Below, piece by piece: positions 19,418-29,549 of a stretch of 64,000 nt of DNA. Made by a program: the position numbers and the translations under genes. This stretch comes from Myxococcota bacterium. Its GTDB lineage: Bacteria; Myxococcota_A; UBA796; UBA2385. Below the pieces are notes generated by a model, which was not told the DNA's origin, made no database searches, and was given only the letters and a program-made list of their open reading frames with translations. Every line of letters starts with the position of its first letter. Positions within the stretch are counted from its first letter, which is position 1. Where the stretch lies: NCBI GenBank assembly GCA_044344255.1, contig JBIJDH010000024.1, positions 32,001 to 96,000 of the forward strand, given 5' to 3'.

Positions 19418-20377
19418 TCACCGGTCTTTCGGGACCACCCGCACCGCCGAGCCCGCCTTCCCGATCTTCCTCAGGTTCTTCGCCGGCCCCTTCCCGATCG
19501 GATAGAGTGACGGCCCCACCGGCTCGACGACCACGAAGGTCTCTCCCTTGCCGCTCTTCTTCGTGGCCTGAAAGGTGGCGTCTCCCTTGGCGGGCTTGAT
19601 GCCCACGCCGGCGAAGGCGTGGCCGGGCAGATAGACCACCGCGGCGGGGAGCTTCGGCAGCTCGGCCCGCAGGAGAGCCAGGAAGAGCACGACCTTGGAG
19701 TCACAGTCGGCGCGGTTGCGGGAGAGGAGGGCCAGCGGGCGGCGATAGCCGGGGTCGTCGCCGTTTCGTTTGGCGACCTCGTAGGGGATGCTCTGGATGA
19801 AAGAGAGGACCCGCTCGACATAACGTCGCTCGCCGTTGACCCCCTCTCGCAGGGCCTCGGCCAGCGGCCGCACGGCGTCGGTGTACTCGACGACGAGGCG
19901 GGCGTGGTCATAGGACAGCAGGGTGGGGGAGAGCCAGAAGAAGTCATTCTTCTCGATGAACCGATTGAGCGCCTCTCGCTGGACCTCCTGGGCCCCGGCC
20001 AGGGCGCGCTGGATCACCTTCTTGTTGGGGCCGGTGGCGCGGAGGGAGAGGCCGCCTTCCCCATCCTCGCTCACCTTGAGCACGACGCCGTCGTTGAGCG
20101 ATCGTGCATAGTCACGGATCGCCTCCTCAACGGCGTTGTTGGCTCTCTTCTTCGGGAAGCCGGTGGTCTTCTTGAGGTCGGCCTCCACCTCGTCTGTGGG
20201 GAGGGAGAAGTCGACCTTGTGCGCCTTGTGGTCACCGTCCTTCCAGCCCACCTTGAATTCGGTCTTTCGCCCGCCCTCGTCCTTGTTGAATTGGGTCTGC
20301 TCCCCGTGGGCGGCGGCCGACAGGAAGAGCCAGAGCAGGAGGCCCGACGAGAGGCAAGCCCGCAGCAGGGGCCTCAT
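19418..20377 (-). CDS. Secreted transglutaminase-like protein
   Basis: Signal peptide; FIQSIPY, ADCDSK, PGHAF, VEPVGP. Confidence 0.65.
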   Translation of the reverse strand: MRPLLRACLSSGLLLWLFLSAAAHGEQTQFNKDEGGRKTEFKVGWKDGDHKAHKVDFSLPTDEVEADLKKTTGFPKKRANNAVEEAIRDYARSLNDGVVLKVSEDGEGGLSLRATGPNKKVIQRALAGAQEVQREALNRFIEKNDFFWLSPTLLSYDHARLVVEYTDAVRPLAEALREGVNGERRYVERVLSFIQSIPYEVAKRNGDDPGYRRPLALLSRNRADCDSKVVLFLALLRAELPKLPAAVVYLPGHAFAGVGIKPAKGDATFQATKKSGKGETFVVVEPVGPSLYPIGKGPAKNLRKIGKAGSAVRVVPKDR

Positions 20378-21201
20378 GCGGCCGCCCAGGGCGCTTCGGC
20401 GAGCCCGTCGAGCCTCCAGGGCTCGGCGAAGAGGGCGCGCACGGTCTTGGCGAGCACGCCGCCCTGAGCGCCGTCGAGGTAGCGGTGGTCTATGGTCGCG
20501 GTGATGATGACCTCCGACCGCGCGACCACCGCCCCGTCCACGATGGCGGGCTGCTCGGTGACCGCGCCGATGAGCACGAGCAGGGGCACGTGGGCCCAGG
20601 GGGTGTGGGGCGCGAAGCCCTCGTCGAGGCCGAACATGCCCACGCTCGTGATGATGCAGCTCCCGAAGGGGAATTGTTCGAGGCCGAGGGCCGGCACCGA
20701 CAAGCCCGCGCAGGCGGTGAGCCAGCCGCTCAGGCGCACGAGCGGGCGGATGAGCCAGGTCGGCAAGAGCTTGAGCGGGCCCTGGCTCTTCTGGAAGGCG
20801 GCGTCCTGGCCCTTTTGGAGGCGCTGGGCCCCCTCCCGGAGCTCGCGAGCGAGGGCGCCCGTGCCCTTCTTGTCCACGTCCTCCACCTTGAACTTGGCGA
20901 GGTTGCCGCCCTCCTCGATGCTGACGAGGAAGGCCACCGCCACACGATCGTGGGGGATGTACCGCCCAAGGAAGATGCGACCGTTGAGGCTCGGGGTCTG
21001 GGCGAGCGCGAGGCCCACCGCGCGGCCGACGATGTGGGTCATCGTCACCTTCTCGCCAGTGGTGGCCCGGAGGTGGTCGATGTACCGGAGCACGTTCGTG
21101 CAGTCGAGGCGCAGCTTCCCGTAGATGTTGCCCTCCGAGGGGGCCGTCCAGGAGGCGATAGCGAGCTTGCGGCGGGTGGTCATGGCGTTCATGCCGGACA
21201 T
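20374..21201 (-). CDS. Stand-alone 2-oxoacid dehydrogenase E2-type acyltransferase catalytic domain
   Basis: ITSVG, TIDHRYLDG; no lipoyl domain. Confidence 0.85.
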   Translation of the reverse strand: MSGMNAMTTRRKLAIASWTAPSEGNIYGKLRLDCTNVLRYIDHLRATTGEKVTMTHIVGRAVGLALAQTPSLNGRIFLGRYIPHDRVAVAFLVSIEEGGNLAKFKVEDVDKKGTGALARELREGAQRLQKGQDAAFQKSQGPLKLLPTWLIRPLVRLSGWLTACAGLSVPALGLEQFPFGSCIITSVGMFGLDEGFAPHTPWAHVPLLVLIGAVTEQPAIVDGAVVARSEVIITATIDHRYLDGAQGGVLAKTVRALFAEPWRLDGLAEAPWAAA

Positions 21202-21257
21202 CGTAGCACCCCCTCGGACGCGGGCGCGTTAGCCCCGGCGGACCCAGAGGAGCGCGC

Positions 21258-22231
<974 letters not shown>

Positions 22232-22235
<4 letters not shown>

Positions 22236-23557
22236 CACGTCCCTGGGCGGGGATCCCGACGGACCGCGCGATCTGGCTGTGGGCGGCGGTCAGCCTCGTC
22301 GCGGTCTTCGGCTTCGTGACCCCCGCCCTCGGCCTCGTCGCGCTCGGCCTCGATGTCATCGTGCTGATCGCGGTCCTCATCGATCTGCGACGCGCCGGAC
22401 AGACGGCCCTGCAGCTCGAGCGCCTGCTCCCCCCCGTGGCCCACCAGGGCGAGCCGATGGAGGTGGTGCTGCTCATCGACAACCCGAATGACCACCCCCT
22501 CGGCCTGCGCATCCGGGAGGTGCTCTCCCCCGCCCTGTCGGCCGAGCCGGTGGCCCTCGAGCTCGAGCTTCCGGCCCGCTCTCGGGCCCGCCTGCCCTAT
22601 TCGGTCCGCCCCCTCCGCCGCGGGCGCAGCGTCGCCGCCCCGCTGGCCCTGCGGGTGCGAGGCCCCCTCGGCCTCGCCTGGGCCGACCGCGCCCTCCTCC
22701 CCGACCAGTCCATTCGGGTCTATCCGCGTGCGCACCTCGAGGGACAGGCCGGCCTCGTCGTGCGACAGGCGCTGCGCCAGCGGGCCGGCGCCAACCCCCG
22801 AGAGCGGCGCGGCCTCTCGACCGAGCTCTATGCCCTCCGGGAGTACCAGAACGGCGACCCCATGCGCTCGATCCACTGGCGAGCGAGCGCCCGCCGCGGG
22901 ATGCCGGTCACCCGAGAGACCTGCTGGGAGCAGCACCAGCACATCGTCATCCTGCTCGACTGCGGCCGGCCGATGTCCTCGCTCGCCGACGACCTCAACA
23001 AGCTCGACCACGCCCTCGCCGCCGTCCTCGCCCTGATGCGGGTGACGCTCTCCCAGAACGACCACGCCACCCTCGTGCTCTTCAGCCAGGACGTGCGCCG
23101 GGTGGTGACCGTCGACCGCCGCACGGCCTCCTTCCACACCGTCTTCGAGGCGGTCCACGACCTCGAGGCCGACCAGGACGAGCCCGACTACACCGCCGCC
23201 GTGGCCTGGTGCGCCCGCAAGGTGCCCCGCCGCTCCCTCGTGCTCGTCGTCACCTCGGTGCTCGACGCGCTCGGCGCCGAGCGGCTCCAGGGCGCCCTCA
23301 AGGGCCTCGCCGCCCGACACCGGCCCCTGCTCGTCAACCTCGAGGACCCCGGCCTGATGGCCCACGCCCGCTCCATCCCCGAGGAGCCCCTCGAGGCCTA
23401 CGCCAAGACCTCGGCGATGGCGATGCTGGCCCGCATCAGCGGGCTGACCCGGGCCCTGCGCGAGCAGGGGGTAGACGTGGTCTCCATGCCCGCCTCGGAG
23501 CTGGCGATCGGGATGATTGACCGATACCTCGCTTTCAAGGCGCGGCGGGGGATGTAG
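22232..23557 (+). CDS. DUF58 family protein
   Basis: [26 protein letters not shown]; follows MoxR with a TTGA overlap. Confidence 0.85.
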
Positions 23558-23576
23558 GGTGCGAAATACCTCATGA

Positions 23577-23636
23577 TTGAGTTAACTCGGACTTGAGTTA
23601 ACTCGAACCTGAGTTAACTCAGCGTTGAGCCAACGC
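23577..23636 (+). repeat. 16-bp-period array with palindromic core GAGTTAACTC (3 copies plus 1 degenerate)
   Basis: ttgagttaactcggac ttgagttaactcgaac ctgagttaactcagcg ttgagccaacgc. Confidence 0.9.
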
Positions 23637-23682
23637 GGGGCATCGCATGGCCGCCCGTCGAGGTGCTGATTAGGTGCGGTCG

Positions 23683-25005
23683 ATGAGCCCTGTCGAAAAG
23701 GACCATCTCCTCAAGACCTTCTACCAGGCCATGGAAGATCGCCCGCTCGAGCCGGACGACAAGATGCACGTCGACCTGTCCCGCGAGGAGCTGCGGGGGG
23801 CCGATCCGGTCGCCAGCTTGGAGACCACCATTCGTTGGGCCCTCCAGGGCAGCGCCCAGTTGATGAGCGGCTTTCGGGGCACGGGCAAGAGCACGGAGCT
23901 GCGGCGACTGAAGCGGCGCCTCCAGGACGGTGAAGGCGACTTCGTCGTGCTGCTCTGCGACATGGACGACTACGTCAACATGACCACCCCGCTCGACGTG
24001 AGCGACCTGCTGCTCACCATGGCGGGAGCGGTGGGCGAGGGGCTCGCAGCGGTCAACAAGAAGCTGGCCGGGGAGGGCTACTACGGCCGCTTCCTCGGCT
24101 TCCTCCAGTCCCTGCGCATCGATCCGGAGCTGAGGGCCAGCCTCCCCCTCTCGCCGGTCGAGCTCAAGCTCAGCCTCCGGCATGACCCGACCCTGCGGGA
24201 GCGCATCCAGAAGCAGCTCAGCGGCCACGTCGCCGCCCTTGTGCAAGACGTACGCGCCTGGTTCGCCGAGCGGCTCCTTGCCTTGCGGGCGGAGCGGGGC
24301 GAGGGCACCCAGCTCGTGGTGCTCTTTGACTCGATGGAGAAGATCCGGGGGACCTCGATCAACGAGGCCGAGGTCACCGCCTCGCTGGAGACGGTCTTCG
24401 CCGGCCATGCGGCGCGCATCGTCATCCCGGAGGTGCACCTCGTCTTCACGGTGCCCCCCTGGCTCAAGGTGAAGGTGCCCGCGCTGCGCAGCCTCTACCA
24501 GAACTTCGAGATGCTCCCCTGCGTCAAGGTGAAGACCCGCGACGGGGCGGTTCATCCCGCGGGGGTGCAGGCCCTCGTGGAGCTCGTGGAGAAGCGGGCC
24601 GCCTGGCGGCCCGTGATCTCCGATCGGGAGCTCCTGGAGCGGCTCATCCTCTGCTCGGGCGGCTACCTCCGCGACCTCCTCCACCTGCTGCAGTCCGTGG
24701 CCCGCCTGAGCGCCCAGCAGAGCCTGCCCGTCGCCCGGCCGGTGGTGGAGGCGGCCATCAGCAAGATTCAGAACGGCTACCTACCGCTGACCCACGAGGA
24801 CGCGCGTTGGCTCGCCGCCATCCATGCGCACCGCTCGACGGAGCTCGAGGGCCTCGACGGCCTGGGCCTGCTCGCGCGGCTCTTCGACAACCTGCTCGTG
24901 CTCACCTATCGAAACGGGGCCGAGTGGTACGACGTTCACCCGTTGGTGCAAGAGCAGGCGATCGAGATGGCCGGGCGGAAGAGCGCGCCTGCCGCCGCCG
25001 GTTGA
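23683..25005 (+). CDS. P-loop ATPase (STAND/AAA-like)
   Basis: Walker A GFRGTGKS; Walker B-like LVVLFDSMEK; SGGYLRDL; C-terminal WYDVHPL. Confidence 0.85.
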   Translation: MSPVEKDHLLKTFYQAMEDRPLEPDDKMHVDLSREELRGADPVASLETTIRWALQGSAQLMSGFRGTGKSTELRRLKRRLQDGEGDFVVLLCDMDDYVNMTTPLDVSDLLLTMAGAVGEGLAAVNKKLAGEGYYGRFLGFLQSLRIDPELRASLPLSPVELKLSLRHDPTLRERIQKQLSGHVAALVQDVRAWFAERLLALRAERGEGTQLVVLFDSMEKIRGTSINEAEVTASLETVFAGHAARIVIPEVHLVFTVPPWLKVKVPALRSLYQNFEMLPCVKVKTRDGAVHPAGVQALVELVEKRAAWRPVISDRELLERLILCSGGYLRDLLHLLQSVARLSAQQSLPVARPVVEAAISKIQNGYLPLTHEDARWLAAIHAHRSTELEGLDGLGLLARLFDNLLVLTYRNGAEWYDVHPLVQEQAIEMAGRKSAPAAAG

Positions 25006-27815
25006 TCGGCGCATTGACCTCTCTCTCTCCCAGCGGTGAGTCGGCCTGGCAGGAGCTGGAGGCGCACCTCGCCTGGTCGGATCGGCCCTGGATCGGCTGG
25101 ATCTTCACCGGCCATACGGCCTCGGCCCTGGAGCTCCTGCGCCGAATGCAGGCGGCCTGGTCTGACCGCGACAACGAGGTGCGGACGCCCGACCAGCCCG
25201 GCGAGCTGCTCGCGGCCATCCCATGGCTCGTAGACGAGCGGGAAGGTCGGAGCGGCTTCGCCGCGCTGCACGTGCGCCACCTCGGCGCCGCCTGGGCCCA
25301 GGCCTGGGACGCGCTGCACCTTCGGCTGAACTCGCTTCGGGAGCGCGTTCGCCGCGAAGGGAGGGGCGGCGTCCTCCTCATCGCCCACCCCGACTGGAAG
25401 CCGCGGGTGCGCGACGCGGCGCCCGACCTCTACAGCGTCGCGAGCTTCGTCTTCGACGTCGAGCCGCCTCCCTCCGAGGAGGCCCCGGCGCTCATCGGGC
25501 TCGGCCCGCTCTCTGGCTGGGCCTTCGTGCCCTTCCCGCGGCCGGGCTCGGAGGACCAGATCCGACTGCTGGAGCAGGACATCGCCCGCCAACCCGAGCG
25601 CGCCGCGGAGCTGGCCCTCTCTCTCGGCCGGGCCCTCTTCGCCGCCGGCCGCTTCTCAGAGGCCCTGGCCCGGGTGGAGGCCATGGAAGAGCCGGCCGCC
25701 TTGGAGCTCCGCGGCCTCGCGCTGGCGCACCAGGGTCAGCGCGACCTGGCCTTGTCGGCATTGCGGGCTGCCTTCGCGGTGGAGCCTGGGGCTCTGTCTG
25801 ACGAAGGGGCCTCGACCCTCCACAACCTCCTCTGCGCCGACGCCTCCCCCCTCGAGGCTGTGGAGATGGCGGAGCGGTGGGTCAAGGCCCTTCAAGCGCG
25901 CCTGCAGCGACCAGGGGCCCTCCTCGAGGATCAGGTGGCCCTCGCCCAGGCTCGCCTGGCCCTCTCACGGGCACAGCTCCTCCAGAACGCGCCTCAGCTC
26001 GCCGTCGACGCCGCCCGAGCCGCCGAGGCGGACCTCGAGGCGCTGCATCGCCTGAACCCCCACCTCCACACCCTGCGCGGGCACCTCGGCGCCGCCCGGC
26101 TCCGGCTCGCCGAAGCCTCGAACCACCTCGGGGACACCGTCCGGGCGCTGGCCACCGCGGAGCAGGGCCTGGAGGAGCTCCGCGAGGCCGGCGCGGACTG
26201 GACGGCCGTCGAGCTGGCCTGTGGTTGTCTGGTCATCCAGCTCCTCCTCGGGATGGGTGAGGCGCAGGCCGCGAGGGCACAGGGCGACAAGGTCCTCGCG
26301 CGGCTGCTGGCCCTCGACGGGGAGCCGGCGCCGCCTCGCGGGCTCAGCCCGGCCAGCATCGGCGCCCTGTTTGGACAGATCGCCGCAGCGCAGAGCGCCG
26401 CCGGCGATCTTCGACAGGCACTGAACTTGTACGCACATGCTCAGGCACAGTTTGTCACGCGGCCTCTCCAACGACCTGAACAGGCCTCCTACGCCGCCTT
26501 GCTGGCGTCCTTCGCCTCCGCGCTCTTCGACGCTGGCGATCGAGAGCAGGCCATGGCCCTGGCGGAGGAGTCCCTTCGACACTTCCAGGCTCTTCCGGCG
26601 GAGGAGGTGGATAAACGAGCGGCCCGACGTGCCCAAGGGCGCTGTCTCCTCCAGCTCTCGAGAATGAAGATTGAGTTGGGGGATGCGCCCCTGGGAAAAG
26701 AGCTGTCCAAGATAGGAGTTCGGCTCTTTGACCAGCTCCGTCGAGACGGCGCTTCGGTACAGACGGAGCTCCTCGTGGCGATGGCGAGGCTCGCCCATGC
26801 CGAGCGGGAGGTTGGGAACGCGCCTGCGGCGCTCCGCCTGGCCGACCAGATCCTCTCCGAGATGGGTCCGCTCGCCAGGGACAACCCCGCTGAGCTGGCG
26901 CTCCACGCCGACATCCTCACCACACGGGCGAACGCGCTGCTTGACCTGAGAGGGCCCTCCGCCGCGTTGCCGGCTCTCGAGGCGGCGAGAGCAGCCTGGG
27001 TTTCCGTGGTGGGAAGCGGGCGAGGCCGTGCGGAGTGGCTCTTCAGCCTGTCCCAGGTAGAGGTTCAGCTCTCCTCCGCCCAGTCATCCTCGGGGCGGTC
27101 GGAGGAAGCCATTCGGCTCGCAGAGATGGCCCTGCTGCATTCTCACGAGCTGAAGGCTCCCTACCCGTCCCGCGCTCACGGCCGTTCGTTGGCCATTACA
27201 CGGTCGCACATTGCTCTGGGTGTCGTCCAGCTCGAGCTCGGGAGAGTTGCCGCGGCGCGAAAGGCCCTCGAAGACGCGCTCCTGCAGAATCGCGAGATGG
27301 AGCAAGCGGAGGGTGAGACACCGCACGGCCTCCACCAGCGCAGCAACATCCTCCGACTCCTGGGCCGAGCCGAGGCGAAGGGCGGAGACACCCTGCAGGC
27401 GCGGCGCCATCTGCAGGAGGCAGCCGACACTTCGAGGTACCTGATCCTTCGTTATCCCGGCTTCCTAGCGGGGCGACGGGAGCTCGATATGGCTCTCATG
27501 GAGCAAGCAGCCATTTTGCAAGGAGCAGGAGACACCGCTGGCGAGAGGACGATCCTCCGAGAGGCCACGGAGGTCCTGAGGGCGGACCCTACCCCAGAAG
27601 GCAAGCGCAGCCTCGCTCAGGTGCTGCACCGGCGAATCAGCCTCGAGGTCGCCGCCCAGGAGCCGGGCCTTCGTCAGGAGGCGCTCTCTCTGCTGAATGA
27701 CCTGGAGCGCCAGGGACTCAGCCGACCCGAAGATCGAGACCTCCATCGCACGCTGTCGGAGCCGCCCGCCCCCGGCCCGGGGAGGGCCGCCCGACGGGCT
27801 CGTCGCAGCGGCTGA
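25002..27815 (+). CDS. Large TPR-like helical repeat protein with an N-terminal degenerate P-loop-like domain
   Basis: TTG start overlaps the ATPase stop; N-terminal LNSLRE...APDLYS; Ala/Leu-rich helical repeats. Confidence 0.75.
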   Translation: MIGALTSLSPSGESAWQELEAHLAWSDRPWIGWIFTGHTASALELLRRMQAAWSDRDNEVRTPDQPGELLAAIPWLVDEREGRSGFAALHVRHLGAAWAQAWDALHLRLNSLRERVRREGRGGVLLIAHPDWKPRVRDAAPDLYSVASFVFDVEPPPSEEAPALIGLGPLSGWAFVPFPRPGSEDQIRLLEQDIARQPERAAELALSLGRALFAAGRFSEALARVEAMEEPAALELRGLALAHQGQRDLALSALRAAFAVEPGALSDEGASTLHNLLCADASPLEAVEMAERWVKALQARLQRPGALLEDQVALAQARLALSRAQLLQNAPQLAVDAARAAEADLEALHRLNPHLHTLRGHLGAARLRLAEASNHLGDTVRALATAEQGLEELREAGADWTAVELACGCLVIQLLLGMGEAQAARAQGDKVLARLLALDGEPAPPRGLSPASIGALFGQIAAAQSAAGDLRQALNLYAHAQAQFVTRPLQRPEQASYAALLASFASALFDAGDREQAMALAEESLRHFQALPAEEVDKRAARRAQGRCLLQLSRMKIELGDAPLGKELSKIGVRLFDQLRRDGASVQTELLVAMARLAHAEREVGNAPAALRLADQILSEMGPLARDNPAELALHADILTTRANALLDLRGPSAALPALEAARAAWVSVVGSGRGRAEWLFSLSQVEVQLSSAQSSSGRSEEAIRLAEMALLHSHELKAPYPSRAHGRSLAITRSHIALGVVQLELGRVAAARKALEDALLQNREMEQAEGETPHGLHQRSNILRLLGRAEAKGGDTLQARRHLQEAADTSRYLILRYPGFLAGRRELDMALMEQAAILQGAGDTAGERTILREATEVLRADPTPEGKRSLAQVLHRRISLEVAAQEPGLRQEALSLLNDLERQGLSRPEDRDLHRTLSEPPAPGPGRAARRARRSG

Positions 27816-27927
27816 GATCTTCAGGGCCAGTCGAACGGTCAGGCGATATCGATAGGGCCCCGTGAGGGGGAGCTCGTCAGCCGCGAAGACCCGGCCCGGA
27901 TGGCCCAGGCCGAGCCCCTCCAGCGGC

Positions 27928-28323
27928 TCAGCCCGACCCGGGCCCGGAGGGGCGCTCCGCACGAGGGCTCTCCGTCTCCGGGTTGTGCTTCCGCCAGGCC
28001 CAGGCGCCGGCGAGGGGCAGCTCGTACCACTCCCCGTCATTGGCGGCGACGCAGGCCCGGATCTCATAGAGCACGTAGACGATGAGGGCCGGGAAGGCGA
28101 GGATGCCGCAGGAGCAGAGGCTCACCGCCAGGATGATGGCGCCGAAGTAGAAGCTCTGGAGCGCGTGGAAGGCGACGAACTCGCTCTCATCGCGCTTGTA
28201 GAGGTAGAGCAGCAGGGGGGCGAGCACGCCGCCCTCGAGGAAGGTGACCCCGTGCGCGGCGAAGGCCCAGGTGGTCTCGTCTCGGGTGATGTTCAAGCCC
28301 TTGGCCACCCGGTGTTCCGACAT
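27928..28323 (-). CDS. DUF4870-like small membrane protein
   Basis: ETTWAFAAH, PLLLYL, FVAFHALQS, GEWYELP; GGAG RBS. Confidence 0.8.
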   Translation of the reverse strand: MSEHRVAKGLNITRDETTWAFAAHGVTFLEGGVLAPLLLYLYKRDESEFVAFHALQSFYFGAIILAVSLCSCGILAFPALIVYVLYEIRACVAANDGEWYELPLAGAWAWRKHNPETESPRAERPSGPGSG

Positions 28324-28351
28324 GCTCTCCTCCAGAGATCCCGACCCCAGA

Positions 28352-28441
28352 GATCTTGACCCGCAGGGATCTTGACCCGCAGGGATCTTGACCCGCAGGG
28401 ATCTTGACCCGCAGGGATCTTGACCCGCAGGGATCTTGACC
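28352..28441. repeat. Perfect 16-bp tandem repeat GATCTTGACCCGCAGG x5.6
   Basis: Units start at 28352, 28368, 28384, 28400, 28416 and 28432; no spacers. Confidence 0.95.
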
Positions 28442-28499
28442 ACGGCCCGGGCTACGTTCCAAGAGGAACCCTATTTCGTCGCCGATGTCGGAGCGATGG

Positions 28500-29513
28500 A
28501 TGAAAGCCGAATCTCGCCTCCCCGCCGCCCTCCTGCTGTCCGTGGTCAGCCTCATCTTCTTGAGCGGCTGCCTGTTCTTGCGGCTCCATCCCTCGGCCAG
28601 CGGGCCCGCGGCCGCTGACCCCCGCGCCCGCACGGAGGTGGAGGCGACGGTGCGCGCGCTGTCGGGGCCCCGCAACGTCGATCACCCCGCCGCCTACCGC
28701 CGGGCCGCCGACTGGATCGAGGCCGCCTGGGTGGACCAAGGCTACACGGTCACCCGCGAGGCGGTGATGGGCGACGTGCCCAACCTGATCGTCGAGCTCC
28801 CCGGAGTCGAGCCCCCCGGCGCGGACCTCCCCGGCGCCGAGGCCCCTGGAGGCCGAGGCGTGGTGCTCCTGGGCGCGCATTACGACTCCTGCATGGGCGC
28901 GCCGGGCGCTGACGACAACGCCTCGGGGGTGGCGGCGATGCTCGAGGTCTCCCGCCGCCTCGCCGGCCAGCGCCTGCCGCTCACGGTGCGCTTCGTCGCT
29001 TATGCCAACGAGGAGCCGCCGTGGTTTCAGGGGCCGGGCATGGGCAGCCCCGTCAACGCCGCCGCGGCAGCCCTCCGGGGCGACCGCCTCGAGGCGGTGA
29101 TCGTGCTCGACGCCGTCGGCTACTTCGACGACCGCCCCGGCAGCCAGCGCTGGCCCCTCGGCCTCAGCCTGCTCCTGCACGACCGCGCCGACTTCATCGC
29201 CGTCGTCGCCGACACGGGCTCGGCCCGGATGATGCGCCGGGTGACGGCCGAGCTGCGCCGCCAGGGCGGCCTCCCCACCCTCGGCGCCGCGATCCCCGCC
29301 TTCGTGACCGGGGTGGACTGGTCTGACCACTGGTCCTACTGGCAAGAAGGCTACGAGGCGGTGCTTGTCACCGACATGCCCCCCTTCCGGAACCCGCACT
29401 ACCACGAGCCCACCGACACCCCCGACAAGCTCGACTACGACCGCCTCGCCGCGCTCTCCCTCGCGCTGTCGGGCACCATCTCCAGCCTCGCCGGTGGTCC
29501 CGGCAACTTCTAG
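28500..29513 (+). CDS. M28 family peptidase
   Basis: GAHYDS, GADDNASG, NEEPP, SDH, YHEPTD. Confidence 0.9.
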   Translation: MKAESRLPAALLLSVVSLIFLSGCLFLRLHPSASGPAAADPRARTEVEATVRALSGPRNVDHPAAYRRAADWIEAAWVDQGYTVTREAVMGDVPNLIVELPGVEPPGADLPGAEAPGGRGVVLLGAHYDSCMGAPGADDNASGVAAMLEVSRRLAGQRLPLTVRFVAYANEEPPWFQGPGMGSPVNAAAAALRGDRLEAVIVLDAVGYFDDRPGSQRWPLGLSLLLHDRADFIAVVADTGSARMMRRVTAELRRQGGLPTLGAAIPAFVTGVDWSDHWSYWQEGYEAVLVTDMPPFRNPHYHEPTDTPDKLDYDRLAALSLALSGTISSLAGGPGNF

Positions 29514-29549
29514 ACAGGCGCGGCCGACCGCCCTGACTATGATGCGCGT

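Noticed and set aside
23577..23636. Possible mini-CRISPR or integron attC sites
   Set aside because: Only 6 variable bases separate the 10-bp cores; there is no attC-like long hairpin and no integrase
28352..28441. Possible CRISPR array
   Set aside because: Units are 16 bp and contiguous with no unique spacers, and no cas genes are present
27928..28443. N-terminal extension with VKIPAGQDPCGSRSLR repeats
   Set aside because: Read-through of the 16-bp DNA repeat; the ATG at 28323 has its own RBS
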